A stretch of 64,000 nt of DNA. Origin: an uncultured Verrucomicrobiae bacterium. GTDB taxonomy: Bacteria; Verrucomicrobiota; Verrucomicrobiia; Limisphaerales; Palsa-1400. Made by a program: the position numbers and the translations under genes. This document shows, piece after piece, positions 9,032 through 19,380 of this stretch. The notes under the pieces are model-generated. The model was given only the letters and a program-made list of their open reading frames with translations. It did not search any database and had not been told where the DNA came from. Positions within the stretch are counted from its first letter, which is position 1; the number at the start of each line of letters is the position of its first letter. The DNA lies in the NCBI GenBank assembly GCA_963707025.1, contig CAVPOM010000004.1:608001-672000 (forward strand). The letters are read 5' to 3'.

Positions 9032-10507
9032 ATGAAACCAGGCGAAGACTTATATCCGAAGGCGAGAGAGATTCTCCGAGGCGAACCCGCCATGGGAAAG
9101 AAGCGACTGGCTCTAAAGCTCGGTGTTAAAACTCCGACGTCGAGGCGGTTGATGGAACGATTTCGCGGCGAGACTCAAGGCCACAACAACGACCCGGTGT
9201 ATCAGAGAGTCCGAAAACTAAAGGAAGCGCAACCAGACTGGGGTGCTGGACGAATCTCCCAGGAATTGAACATCAGCGAGGATCATGCCAAGCTGCATCT
9301 GGCGCGCTGGATCGGCGCGCAAGGATTTCAATCGAAGGGCGGAACCGCTGGGGCAGAGCCAACGGCTTCGGCTGCACCGGAGGCGCCGAATTCCGGAAGC
9401 ACCTTGCAAGACGCGGTGGGGCAGACCACGCGTGACCTGTGTTACCGGGGATCGCAGATCAAAACACTCGAAGATTTACTACGTCACGCGGAAGTGGACA
9501 CATCCGTCTGGCAGGTTGAGCGCTGGGTGGCCAACAAATGGGACGTGGGTGCGCGCAACCCCGCTACCGGTGAAATCCTGACAGCCCCCTTATTTCAGGT
9601 CAAAGTCTGGCTGCATCGCAAGATCGTTGAAAACTCACTCAAAGAATTCACCGAAGCCTTGAAGGAGGAATTCAAAAAGGACGCTCCCACACGTCCGGCA
9701 ATTCGTCGCGCCTCACCCGGGCAGGGAATGTTGGAGATCGCGTTGATGGATTTGCATTTCGGCAAGCTTTGCTGGGGTGAGGAGTGCGGTCGCGACTACA
9801 ATCCGGACATTGCGAAAAGGATGTTTTGGGATGCGATCGAGGATTTGCTGGCGAAATCCGCCGGCCTGAAGCCGGAGAAGATTCTATTTCCCGTCGGCAA
9901 CGATTTTTATCACACGGATATTTTAGGCCGCACCACCACGGCGGGGACTCCGGTCGACTCCTCGATCGTCTGGAAGCAGGCGTTTGTTCAAGGTTGGCGG
10001 TTGCTGGCCCAAGGGATCGAGCGGTTGCGCGCGGTCGCTCCTGTTGATGTGGTCGTGGTCAACGGCAACCATGATGTGCAAACCGCCTTTCACGTTGGCG
10101 AGGTTTTGTGGGCAAATTTCTGCCGGACCGAAGGCGTCACCGTGGACAACAGCCCCACGCAGAGGAAATACGTGGCGTTTCACAAATGTCTGCTGGGCCT
10201 GACCCATGGTTCGGAAGAGAAGCACTCCAACCTCCCCATGTTGATGGCGACCGAACGCCAGGATGATTGGGCCAAAAGCACTCCGGCCGGACGCGAGTAT
10301 CACATCGGGCATTTTCACCACAAGAAGAGCCTGAAGCTCCTGCCGGCGGAGGATGTTTCCGGTGTTTTGATCCGGGTGATTCCCAGTCTCACGCCTTTGG
10401 ACGCCTGGCATTCGTCGAAAGGTTACGGCAGCAAGCTGGCCGCGGAAGCCTACTATTGGGACCCCGAATGCGGAGTCACCGCAACACTAACCCACAGCCC
10501 GGGGTGA
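9032..10507 (+). CDS. Phage-type calcineurin-like metallophosphoesterase with two N-terminal HTH-like segments
   Basis: DLHFG, GNDFYH, NGNHD, THG, HIGHFHH; N-terminal GKKRLALKLGV and WGAGRISQELNIS. Confidence 0.85.
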   Translation: MKPGEDLYPKAREILRGEPAMGKKRLALKLGVKTPTSRRLMERFRGETQGHNNDPVYQRVRKLKEAQPDWGAGRISQELNISEDHAKLHLARWIGAQGFQSKGGTAGAEPTASAAPEAPNSGSTLQDAVGQTTRDLCYRGSQIKTLEDLLRHAEVDTSVWQVERWVANKWDVGARNPATGEILTAPLFQVKVWLHRKIVENSLKEFTEALKEEFKKDAPTRPAIRRASPGQGMLEIALMDLHFGKLCWGEECGRDYNPDIAKRMFWDAIEDLLAKSAGLKPEKILFPVGNDFYHTDILGRTTTAGTPVDSSIVWKQAFVQGWRLLAQGIERLRAVAPVDVVVVNGNHDVQTAFHVGEVLWANFCRTEGVTVDNSPTQRKYVAFHKCLLGLTHGSEEKHSNLPMLMATERQDDWAKSTPAGREYHIGHFHHKKSLKLLPAEDVSGVLIRVIPSLTPLDAWHSSKGYGSKLAAEAYYWDPECGVTATLTHSPG

Positions 10508-10509
10508 AC

Positions 10510-12386
10510 ATGCCCCCCAAGGAAGAGCCGCTCATTGTTTGGGCGTGTTACGAGCCCGCGGGTTACTCTGTATCATTGACAGCGGAAGACCTTGTGCAGC
10601 ACATGCTCGTCCTCGGCAGCACCGGCAGCGGCAAAACCACGTTGCTGATGGGCGCCATTCAACAGCTTCTGCGACACCCCATCGGGTTGCTGATTCTCGA
10701 CGCAAAACAGGACGGCGCGGTCGAGCACATCGCGCAGATGGCGGGGAGAGCGGGACGCGCACGCGATCTGGCCATTCTCGGCAGGCTGGAACGCATGCCC
10801 TGGATCTCTTCGGACCACTGCGGACCTTTGATGATGTGGAGACGCTGGCACAGTGGTTGATGTTGGCAACTGAACGCGTCGGCGGGGACAACCCGTACTG
10901 GCAGAACGCAACAGCGGCGCTGATTGCCGCGGCATTGACTTTGTTGGTGACTCAACGCAACCCGATCAGTTTCACCGAAGCAGTTGCCTTCATGAGGAGT
11001 TGGTTCGTCGGGGTGGAGGATTTTGCGACACTGCCCAAGCGGGTGGCGGCTGTAGTGGAACGAGCCAGGCGCAACGCTGCGAAACCCGGCGCCTGCCCGC
11101 AGTTGCTTGGGGCGCTCGATTACGTCGAGGTGTGGAAGCGTTTGGATGGGCGGACACGCAGCAACCTCCAAAGCTGCTTGTTGAACGTGCTGCGCCCGTT
11201 GCTGAGTTCGGCCGCGACGCGGTGTTTCGACGCAAAGGACCGGCCCACTTTTAGTCCGGCCCAAGTTGCCGCCGAAGGCAAACTGTGCGTGGTTAGCATC
11301 AATGCGCTGACGCAGCCGGAACTGGCAAAATTCATTTTCCGGTTGGCGCGAAAACAATTTTTCGATGCGGCGCAAACGCGAGGCGCCGGCGCGCACCCGC
11401 TCTGCGGATTGGTCGCCGATGAATTCCCCTTGATTGTGCAGCGCGAGGATGCCGATCAACTCGCGACATTGCGAAGCAAACAATGCTTTATGCTGGCGGC
11501 CGCTCAGGGGTTGTCCGGACTGGATGAAAAGATCGGCTGGCGTTTGCGCCGATCGGTCTTGCTCAATTTCAATACGATTGCCTTTCTGCGAACACGCGAG
11601 GAGGAAGCGGGCGAGTTTGCAGCCTTGAGTCTGGGCGCTCGCGAGGCGCAGCCGCCTGCCAAGGCAGAGCCGGCGTGGGAGGACGGCGTCGTGGCCACAT
11701 TATCGCGATCTTGGCGGTCCGAGAAACCACCTGAGCCGGTGTGTCCTCCGGGGACGCTGGGACGGTTGCGGCCACATCAAGGTTATGTCGTGCATAGTGA
11801 TGGAAGTCGAACGTCCTGGCCGGTGTGGTTCGCGCCGTGGTTTGAATTGTCTGAGGAGACTTCAGGGAATCAGAATGCCCCGCTGGAAAATCACGCTTCA
11901 TTCACCGCCCATTACGTCTGCCGGTTGATGGAACGGTGCGACATGAAACCCTTACTGTCCTCAGAAATGTTAAGCGCAGCAGTCCAACTTGATGCCGCCT
12001 TGGATGAGCGCGCGTTGGAAAGGGCGCGAGATTTCTTCCGCGGCAAGGCCGGCCTGGTTCCGAAAGGACTCGAATCGCTGCCAGCAAGCTGGTTGGCGGG
12101 GTTGCCGGGTATTCTTTGGGCAATGCGGAAGCCGCATTGGATGAATCTGCCTTACATGATTTGGCGGGTCGCGTGTGTGGATGGGGTGCTGCTTCTCAGC
12201 TTCGCCCAAGAAATGGATCCGCGCGATGCTCCCGTGACCGCGTGGGATCGTATCCGCGTGAGAGTGAATCGCTGCGTTTACCCAAGTCGGTGGCGGCCGC
12301 TTTTGCGGCGCCACCGGCTGCAACTCTCGCTCAAATGGCCAAACCTGCCACCGGAGGCCCAGGCCACCGGACAGGATCTCGCCTGA
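10510..12386 (+). CDS. VirD4/TraG/TraD-like (FtsK-HerA superfamily) ATPase; one frameshift near 10780
   Basis: HMLVLGSTGSGKT Walker A and LLILDAK in the first frame; NPYW, LVADEF Walker B, LRS, AAQ in the second frame. Confidence 0.85.
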
Positions 12387-12493
12387 GTTCCATCCTCATT
12401 GCGCGAGATAACCCTGGCAGATCGCCTCTTGTCGCCTCTAGCGGAAGATTTCGCTCCCGAAAGGATTTTCGTCGGGACCATGATCGGATGTAT

Positions 12494-13171
12494 TTACAGC
12501 AGCATTTCCTTTCCGGCGTTTATCGCCGGCCGGAGCTCGCCGAAATCGGCGATGACCTCGCGGGCGAGTTGCCGCACGCGATACACAAGATCACGATTGA
12601 TGCCTGTGCTGCCGATGCGGTCATCGTCGTAAAAGCGCTGCTCCCAGTCCTGCACAACAGCTAACAATGCGGGTTGATTTTTGATCCTTTGATATAGCCT
12701 TTTGAAGAACACCCGATGCAGGTCTCGGCGGGACAACAGATCCTGTGCGTCCTGCAATTCTGCCGGTTCGACAGCGCCTGGTTCTTGTTCCGGGTCGCCC
12801 ACGAACGCGTGCTCGTGCCGATGGCGAGCCTCGTTGACCAGATTGTAGACATCACTGCTGATAACACCTATCACACAAGCGATGAACGCCTTCATGCTCA
12901 CTCGATTGCGTGCCTTAAGGTGCCGGCCCAGCGACGGATTGTCTTCACCCAGGTGCAGTTTGAGGAGCGCTTGATGCACCAGATCCTCAGCCTCTGTCGC
13001 CCCCAGGCACTGCTGCAACCAGCGGGAGTTGGTCGCGGCGCGCAGACGAAAGCGGGCAAAGCCGATGATGCGGTGATATTGCTCTTCCGATAATGCGGAC
13101 AGGAGTTCCTCGACGGAATAGCCGTCGCTGTTGTCCCCCAGCCCGATAATGTGCGAATTGATTTGTTCCAT
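12494..13171 (-). CDS. ECF sigma-factor-like protein
   Basis: EAEDLVHQALLKL resembles sigma-70 region 2; C-terminal HTH-like TGINRDLVYRVRQLA. Confidence 0.5.
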   Translation of the reverse strand: MEQINSHIIGLGDNSDGYSVEELLSALSEEQYHRIIGFARFRLRAATNSRWLQQCLGATEAEDLVHQALLKLHLGEDNPSLGRHLKARNRVSMKAFIACVIGVISSDVYNLVNEARHRHEHAFVGDPEQEPGAVEPAELQDAQDLLSRRDLHRVFFKRLYQRIKNQPALLAVVQDWEQRFYDDDRIGSTGINRDLVYRVRQLAREVIADFGELRPAINAGKEMLL

Positions 13172-13408
13172 GAAATTCTGTTTGACTATTATTTCTTGGA
13201 CCAGGACAGTTTCCGAAGGGACAGGTTTGGGATGGCGGCAGTGGCGGCGGCGATCTCGTCGAACCGTGGCAGACCGACCTTGTTGGCCTTAGTGGCTAAA
13301 CTTCGACTCGGTCCAGTGACAACGCAGGCGGTTCTGCACCAGGAAAAATCTCGCCCTGCCGCTGCGACTTGATTTTCAATTTGCGTGCGAACCTGGTCAT
13401 CGGTTCGG

Positions 13409-13816
13409 TCAGCGTCCCAGTTGTTTGAATGCTCGGTCAACCTCCAAAAGGTCAAGCCGGACTACGTCGCCGATTTTTAAGTAAGGAACGATTCGTCTGC
13501 GCATGATGCTCGTAACAGTTCGGAGGCTAATATTCAGGTGGGTGGCGACCTGCTGCTTTGTTCTCCATCTCCGGGTATGGCCTGCTGAATCTTTGGCCAG
13601 CCGCGGGCGGCTTTCGACCCGAAATCGTTCGACGGCGCGGTCGCAATGGTTCAATTCGAACCGGACGAGGTGCCCGGTCTTGGAGAAGGGCAGAATACCA
13701 CGCTGCATCCAATGGCCGATCGTGCGCGCGCTGACTTGGAGGTGTTGCGCCACCTGCGCTCTCGTCCGCCACTGCTTCTCCGGCTCCACGGCTTCGACTG
13801 CTGTGTTTTCAGGCAT
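13409..13816 (-). CDS. Tandem excisionase-like (HTH_17/MerR-type) DNA-binding protein
   Basis: Two repeats: WRTRAQVAQHLQVSARTI..WM..G.LPF.K.G.LVRF and WRTKQQVATHLNISLRTV..IM....VPY.K.G.VVRL. Confidence 0.8.
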   Translation of the reverse strand: MPENTAVEAVEPEKQWRTRAQVAQHLQVSARTIGHWMQRGILPFSKTGHLVRFELNHCDRAVERFRVESRPRLAKDSAGHTRRWRTKQQVATHLNISLRTVTSIMRRRIVPYLKIGDVVRLDLLEVDRAFKQLGR

Positions 13817-14037
13817 GCGAATATGTTTGGCAACAATTCGCGCTGCGCTGTGCTGCCGCTGCCACGATGGCCCGCTGCCTCCCGGGGAGGGTAATGCCGC
13901 GCCACGCCGGCCCGTTATGGCATGCATTTTCCAGGCCGGTATTGCCAGCAAAGGCGAATTCCAGCCGGAAGTCGTTGCTGCCAAGGGGCCAACTTCGGGG
14001 CGCCGCAACAAGAGCTTGCCAACGGCGCGGATGAGTT

Positions 14038-15099
14038 TTACGAGGTGGTCTGCGCTGACCCGCCAGCCGTGTCCAGAGGTAAAGAATCGGGCCGCGCCGC
14101 TGGCGTTGGTTGCGGCGGGATTGGCTTGGCAATTCGGATTGCCGTTCCGCATTTAGGGCAGATCGCCCTCCCAAAGGGCATCGGCTGGCGGAGGACGCCG
14201 CAGCATCTGCCGGCCGCCTTGATGGATTCCAGCAGGATCCGCCGTTTGGCCCGCTCCTCGATCTTTCGAGCTGCGACGCGCGCCTTTTTCTCCGCCTTGG
14301 CCGCAGCCCGCCTCGCGCGGCGTTGCGCCTTGGCCGCGGCCTTCCGCTGATGCGGCCCGACAAAACTCGCTTCTCCCCGGTCCACCGCAGCGGTGTAACG
14401 GGCCAGCCAGATGGCGTCCACTTCATTGTCGTCCATCGCCTGTCCATTCCGCCACAGCAATCCACTCCGCGGCTCCAGTTGGTAGCGCCCCGGTTCCGCG
14501 AGGGCAAGAGCCCGGGCCAAGTCGGGCTTCCTGGCGCCCCCATTGCCGGTGGCGAATCGTTTGAGGGTCGCGACGGCCACGCAATGAATGCTCACTTTGG
14601 CGTCGCGGCCTGCCAGCCAAATGGCGGTGCGCAATGAGGACCACAATTGCGTTTGGGCCTGGCTCCCCGCAAAAATTACATCTTCAAATACAATTCGGTC
14701 CACACCCGCCGCTACTTTCCCCTCCACGAAATCCAATATGCGCCCAAATCGCAGGTCAGAGGTCCGTTCTTTGGCCTCCTCTCGTTGCTGCTCCAACTCT
14801 TCGTCGGATGCCAGCAATTCCGTGCCCGAATCAATTATTTTGCCACCGGTCATCAGCGCCCATCCCGTATGCGTTCCCAAATCCACCGCCAGGGTCTTTT
14901 GCTCTGCCGGCCGGGAGCGAGATTTTTCCGGTGACGCCGGGTCCAACCGGCAGACATCCCCAGCCATTGGGCGGCCGGTGGCTTCTCTGTCTCCGGCTCC
15001 AACGCCGCCATCCGTTCGCGTCTCGTGTTCCATAGCGGATTTGCCATTGGCTGGGTGTAACGGCGGCATTCCAACCTCGTTGACAACAGAGGCGCTCAT
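14038..15099 (-). CDS. Phage-type RuvC-like Holliday junction resolvase with C-terminal Cys-rich (Zn ribbon-like) extension
   Basis: LAVDLGTHTGW, IVFED, TLKRFATGNGGARK, DDNEVDA; tail RCCG...CPKCG. Confidence 0.8.
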   Translation of the reverse strand: MSASVVNEVGMPPLHPANGKSAMEHETRTDGGVGAGDREATGRPMAGDVCRLDPASPEKSRSRPAEQKTLAVDLGTHTGWALMTGGKIIDSGTELLASDEELEQQREEAKERTSDLRFGRILDFVEGKVAAGVDRIVFEDVIFAGSQAQTQLWSSLRTAIWLAGRDAKVSIHCVAVATLKRFATGNGGARKPDLARALALAEPGRYQLEPRSGLLWRNGQAMDDNEVDAIWLARYTAAVDRGEASFVGPHQRKAAAKAQRRARRAAAKAEKKARVAARKIEERAKRRILLESIKAAGRCCGVLRQPMPFGRAICPKCGTAIRIAKPIPPQPTPAARPDSLPLDTAGGSAQTTS

Positions 15100-16511
15100 G
15101 GTGGACCTCCTGAACCACCATTGGACTGCGCAGGTTGGCTGGTTTTTTGAGCCTCCGCTTCCTCGACCTCGAGTTGTTCGATCATCTGCAAGATGTCGTC
15201 TGGAATCTTTCGGTCCTTTTTGATAATAAAACCGTGCATGGGACGGCGGAGGTTGAGCCTGCCAGCGTGGTAGTACACAGTGCATTGGTTGCAATCGCGT
15301 TGCCGCGCAATCTCCGGTCCACCCACTTCCCACAGCATCCTCAAGAATTTCGCTTTGCTTTCGTCCCAGGGCATGAGCCTTTTTGCGACTGGTTGGGCTT
15401 GCTGGGCAGGCGGAAAGAGAGCCGCGAGCTTCTCTTGAGATTGATCCGCTGCTGCTTTGTTCCAGTCATGTCTTCCATGCAGACCACGCTTGTAACAATG
15501 TTTGTATACGACACTTGTGGAGACTTCCCACGCCTCGGCAATCTGGGCGATCGGGCCTGTATCCGCCAGCTTCTGGAGCAGCTCCGTCGGCACCTTTTTC
15601 CAGTCGATTGTTCCGTCAGGCTTTCGGGGTGCCGGCGGGATGGGATCCTTTCGCTCGAATTTCACGGCCTTGGGCCGCTTTCCATCCGTCGAAGAATCTT
15701 GTGCCGGCGGCGCGTTTTTTTTGAGTTGGAACTTGCCATCGCGCCGCTCGATCACGGACGCAGGATTCAAGGCCGCCCGATTCAGTATCGACCTGAGGCT
15801 CCCCACCCGGTCGCTGCCTTTGGCAGAGACGCTCTCCGCCAGCCCCATCTCCAAGCCCTTCGCCCAAATCTCGGAGGCGCCGAGCGGCCCGTGCGCGCGC
15901 AATACCAGCACGGCCATCTCCTTGAGTGTAAGGGGACCAGGGGTTTCCTTGCTCTCAGGGGGATTGGGTTTTCCATTGTTCGGCGACGCGTAGGTTTCGG
16001 GCGGCTGCGCCTGAGGTTGTTGCTTCGCGCCGGTCGTCGATTCGGGCCGCGTGGACGGACTGCCTTCCGTGGGTGGGCGGTTCGCTTGAGCAGGCGGCCC
16101 ATTCTCATTTTGCGCCTCGGAGGCCGCGGTCGGTGGCGCTTCGACCATAGGCAAACTCCGCAACTGTTGCATCACATTCGCGACGATGGTCTCCGCAGAC
16201 TGGTTCGCCGCCTGCAATGCCATCTTGATGCGTTCTAGGCAGGCGCGGGCGGCTGCCCAAGGGCCATATTCTGCGCGCGTCAGGTTGACCGTGTTGGCCT
16301 TCCAGGCGATCTCCAACGCTGCAATGATTTCCTTTCGGGTGTACTTGATAATCTTCTTTTGGGTTCCCGACGGAGTCTTAAGCCACGGGTGGTAGAAATA
16401 GTACCGACGGCGGTGCCCGTCGCTCTCGGTGCCGATTTTGTGGTCAACGCCACCAAATGGATGGAAGAATGACTCGATGATTTCCGGGACAGTCTGTGTA
16501 TTGGTGTTCAC
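15096..16511 (-). CDS. Multi-HTH protein with HARE-HTH-like domain
   Basis: LTLKEMAVLVLRAHGPLGASEIWAKGLEMGL; two further HTH-like segments at the C-terminus; 4-bp overlaps with integrase and RuvC. Confidence 0.6.
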   Translation of the reverse strand: MNTNTQTVPEIIESFFHPFGGVDHKIGTESDGHRRRYYFYHPWLKTPSGTQKKIIKYTRKEIIAALEIAWKANTVNLTRAEYGPWAAARACLERIKMALQAANQSAETIVANVMQQLRSLPMVEAPPTAASEAQNENGPPAQANRPPTEGSPSTRPESTTGAKQQPQAQPPETYASPNNGKPNPPESKETPGPLTLKEMAVLVLRAHGPLGASEIWAKGLEMGLAESVSAKGSDRVGSLRSILNRAALNPASVIERRDGKFQLKKNAPPAQDSSTDGKRPKAVKFERKDPIPPAPRKPDGTIDWKKVPTELLQKLADTGPIAQIAEAWEVSTSVVYKHCYKRGLHGRHDWNKAAADQSQEKLAALFPPAQQAQPVAKRLMPWDESKAKFLRMLWEVGGPEIARQRDCNQCTVYYHAGRLNLRRPMHGFIIKKDRKIPDDILQMIEQLEVEEAEAQKTSQPAQSNGGSGGPP

Positions 16512-18043
16512 AGGGTTGCGGGTTCGGATTGTTCAGCATGGGCCTGACCATTTTCGGCGGCTGGGCTTGACGGCAATGATATTTGATTCTGGGCCTTCTT
16601 CGTGTGCGGGCGGCCAACGGGAGAGGGAGGGGCCTCATAAGGCAATGCTTTGAATTCCTCCAATGGATACCGAAAGTTGCCGTAGCGTCCTGCGTCCACT
16701 GGATTTACATAGCGCAAGTAACTCTCTTTTTGTTTTTGCAGCGTGTGGCCGGCCTGATCCGCGAAGTATTGCTTGTCTCCACCGCGTCCCACGAAGGTGG
16801 AAATGCAGGTGCGACGCATCACGTTTTTATCTGTCCACACAAAGGTGGGATCAATCTCCCGGGCAATATTCTTCAGCCGGGCCAAATGCCCTTCGCCGGG
16901 AATCAGCGGCCCGCTGTCGCGCCAAAGGATGAGTAAGAGTTCGCCGAGACGGCGGGGGATTATCACAGTCCGCGCGTCATGCACTCCACCTTCTTTGCCT
17001 TTCGCCACCTCCGCCGGCACCATGATCGAAGTGGGAAAGCCGTCCGTTCTGGTGACGTCGTTCCAAGTCAGTAACTTGAGCTCGCCCACCCTGACGGGAA
17101 GGTCGGAGACAACGGCGAGATACAAGAAATCGGCCGCATATTTGCACCGGCGGAACATTTGGCACCAGATTCCGTAGGGCAGGAGTGTGTCCAACTTTCT
17201 TGATTTCGCCACGAAGTCCAATTCCATGACGCGCTCATAGACGCATTTTCGGATGGCGCCGTAATCCTTGTACGCAATCTCGATGAATTGGCGCAGGACG
17301 ATCCAACGATCATACTTGGTTTTTTTGCCGCACGTCATGTTCAGCCGCCAGTTTTTCAGTTCTTCCACATCGAGGGAGTCACAATTTCGGCCCTCGCGCT
17401 GCTCGGCGAACTGCCGCAACAGCAGGATCTGCCGCCGCTTTTCGTGGTCGCCAAGACCGTCCTTTTCGATCTGTTCGGTGACCTTGTTGACGAGAGTCTC
17501 GATGGGGATGACCTCGCGCACGCGGACAAAGTAGTCCAGGTACTTGCCGACGACTTCCACCGGATCCTGTCCTGACGTCATTTTGTGGAGCGTTCTGGCC
17601 TGGTAGGCGGCCTTGAGGGGCTCCATCTTTATTTCCAGCAGGATCGCGCACATCTCGACGAATTGCTTGATGACGTCCATGAGGAGGCGGGTTTTTGTGA
17701 TCAGGCCGGTGGATTCAATCAGTTCGTGAATTATGTCCCGTTCGGCGGCCTTCTCCTGATTCACGTACGCGGTCCTGTGGTCCACCGGCGGCCGGTTGGC
17801 ATTGATGCGGCGCGCTTCGTCTTCCGCGAAGTTCATCGCCTTTTTCAGGGAATCGAAGGTGGACGGGGTCGACAGCGTGGCGCGCTTCGGGAAGACGCAC
17901 TTGACGCGGAAGCTGCCCGGGTCGCCGAGGGCCGGTTCAGGCTTACGCTTCGTGTACACGGCCACGGAGACGTGGTCATAATCGCCTCGGCGATAGAGGT
18001 CGCCATCTTTCTGGGCGCGCCAAATGAATGCAGGTTTGCTCAT
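16508..18043 (-). CDS. Tyrosine recombinase/integrase
   Basis: PVRVGELKLLTWNDV (R), AEVAKG (K), NVMRRT (xxR), AGHT (H), SYLRY (Y). Confidence 0.85.
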   Translation of the reverse strand: MSKPAFIWRAQKDGDLYRRGDYDHVSVAVYTKRKPEPALGDPGSFRVKCVFPKRATLSTPSTFDSLKKAMNFAEDEARRINANRPPVDHRTAYVNQEKAAERDIIHELIESTGLITKTRLLMDVIKQFVEMCAILLEIKMEPLKAAYQARTLHKMTSGQDPVEVVGKYLDYFVRVREVIPIETLVNKVTEQIEKDGLGDHEKRRQILLLRQFAEQREGRNCDSLDVEELKNWRLNMTCGKKTKYDRWIVLRQFIEIAYKDYGAIRKCVYERVMELDFVAKSRKLDTLLPYGIWCQMFRRCKYAADFLYLAVVSDLPVRVGELKLLTWNDVTRTDGFPTSIMVPAEVAKGKEGGVHDARTVIIPRRLGELLLILWRDSGPLIPGEGHLARLKNIAREIDPTFVWTDKNVMRRTCISTFVGRGGDKQYFADQAGHTLQKQKESYLRYVNPVDAGRYGNFRYPLEEFKALPYEAPPSPVGRPHTKKAQNQISLPSSPAAENGQAHAEQSEPATL

Positions 18044-18427
18044 ATATATATAAATTTCTTTCGATTAGTCTCAATTATTTGGTGTCGCAAATGTTTGTTG
18101 GGCCGGTATTTGGCGGTGTCATCGTGGGGCGGCGCTTATCCGTCCCGAATTGGTCCCCAGATTCCATTCCGCGTCCTTTCCGGCCTCTACCGAGGAGGAT
18201 GTCCGGGGGACACCTCCTGTGAGAGACTTTTTCCAGGACTGCCTCGGTATGCCATGGTGTTTCCCCAAGTGCCACCAAGTGCCCTGGCGTGCTTGATGTT
18301 TCAAAACAGCCCAAATGGCATAAAAAGGAAGAAACTGGCACCTATAGTGCCCGCTTATCAATCCCCCATTATCCCAGATGAGGCGAGGTGGGGAGAAATA
18401 GCCGTAATAACGTATGTCGCCCGTGGC

Positions 18428-18522
18428 GGGATAACATGGGATGACGCCCGCGACGGGATAACACGGGATGACGCCAGCAGCGGTATAACACGGGATGACG
18501 CCAGCAGCGGTATAACACGGGA
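18428..18522 (+). repeat. 27-bp tandem array A (3.5 units plus one degenerate unit upstream)
   Basis: Units GGKATAACAYGGGATGACGCCMGCRRC at 18428, 18455, 18482 and partial 18509. Confidence 0.9.
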
Positions 18523-19380
18523 GATATAGGTAGCCGGCTACGGAATAGTCGAGTGCGGGGGAATAAAAGTTGCGGAAATGGTTCACGATGCCTCTTTTTG
18601 GTTGCCCGACTCCGCTTGAATCTCTCCCTGGCGGACGAACGCGCAATAGCTAGGACCAGACATGTATGTCTCCCCGCGGCTCGCATCATCTCTCGAAAAT
18701 ACGCGAAACCCTGCCACGAGTGGTTTTGCGTCCTTAGTACACCCAAGCAAATTTACCATGTAACTTTTGCTTTTTTGAGTGACCGCTTCCACTTCGCCTC
18801 TTTGAGGCACAAGGATCAAACCAGGGATACCCAGCTCACATCCGCCCAAGTGCGCGCATCTCGGGCACAGTGCCCGCCGCGACAACGACGCAATGATTAT
18901 CTGAGATGCGCCTCGCGGCATCAAGCCAGCGGAACCTCCAGTGCCGTCGGGTTGATTCTGTGTCATTGGACCTTTCATGATGTTAGTTGAATGGTTCAGG
19001 TGTACTTGGATACTGCCGGTGTGAAGTGCCTATTCCGACCTCGACAGCCTTGGAAAGGCCGGCATATCCCCCTGCGGGCATCCATGCCAAACGCTTGGTT
19101 CGCAATGAACCAAACTCTTGAAGCCGGCTTTTCGGAGCCGGGTCTGTTACTAGTCCGTATATATTTCAACATGCTTAATTGTAGGGCGCTGAGGTATCAC
19201 TAGTTTGGAAATAGCGCTGGAAATAAAAACAAATGATGATTTGGGAAGCAGAGCTTGTGGCTAGTTCACCTATAACGGTCGCTTGGCACAGACCTCTCTA
19301 CCACCCAGGCAGCTTAACGTCTCCCAAGTGGAGGAGAAATCAGGCCTGAGGCGACGAAAAAGTTGGGTACACCTTGCAAC

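Noticed and set aside
10770..10790. Programmed frameshift in the VirD4-like ATPase (likewise MBL, MazF)
   Set aside because: No slippery heptamer evident, and similar indels hit housekeeping genes
14038..15099. RuvC + Zn finger as TnpB/Cas12-like nuclease
   Set aside because: The RuvC motifs are contiguous as in Holliday junction resolvases, the Cys cluster follows the last motif, and there is no REC/WED-sized N-terminus
18553..19203. Short ORFs between the two 27-bp arrays
   Set aside because: No motifs or consistent coding signal; cannot be supported
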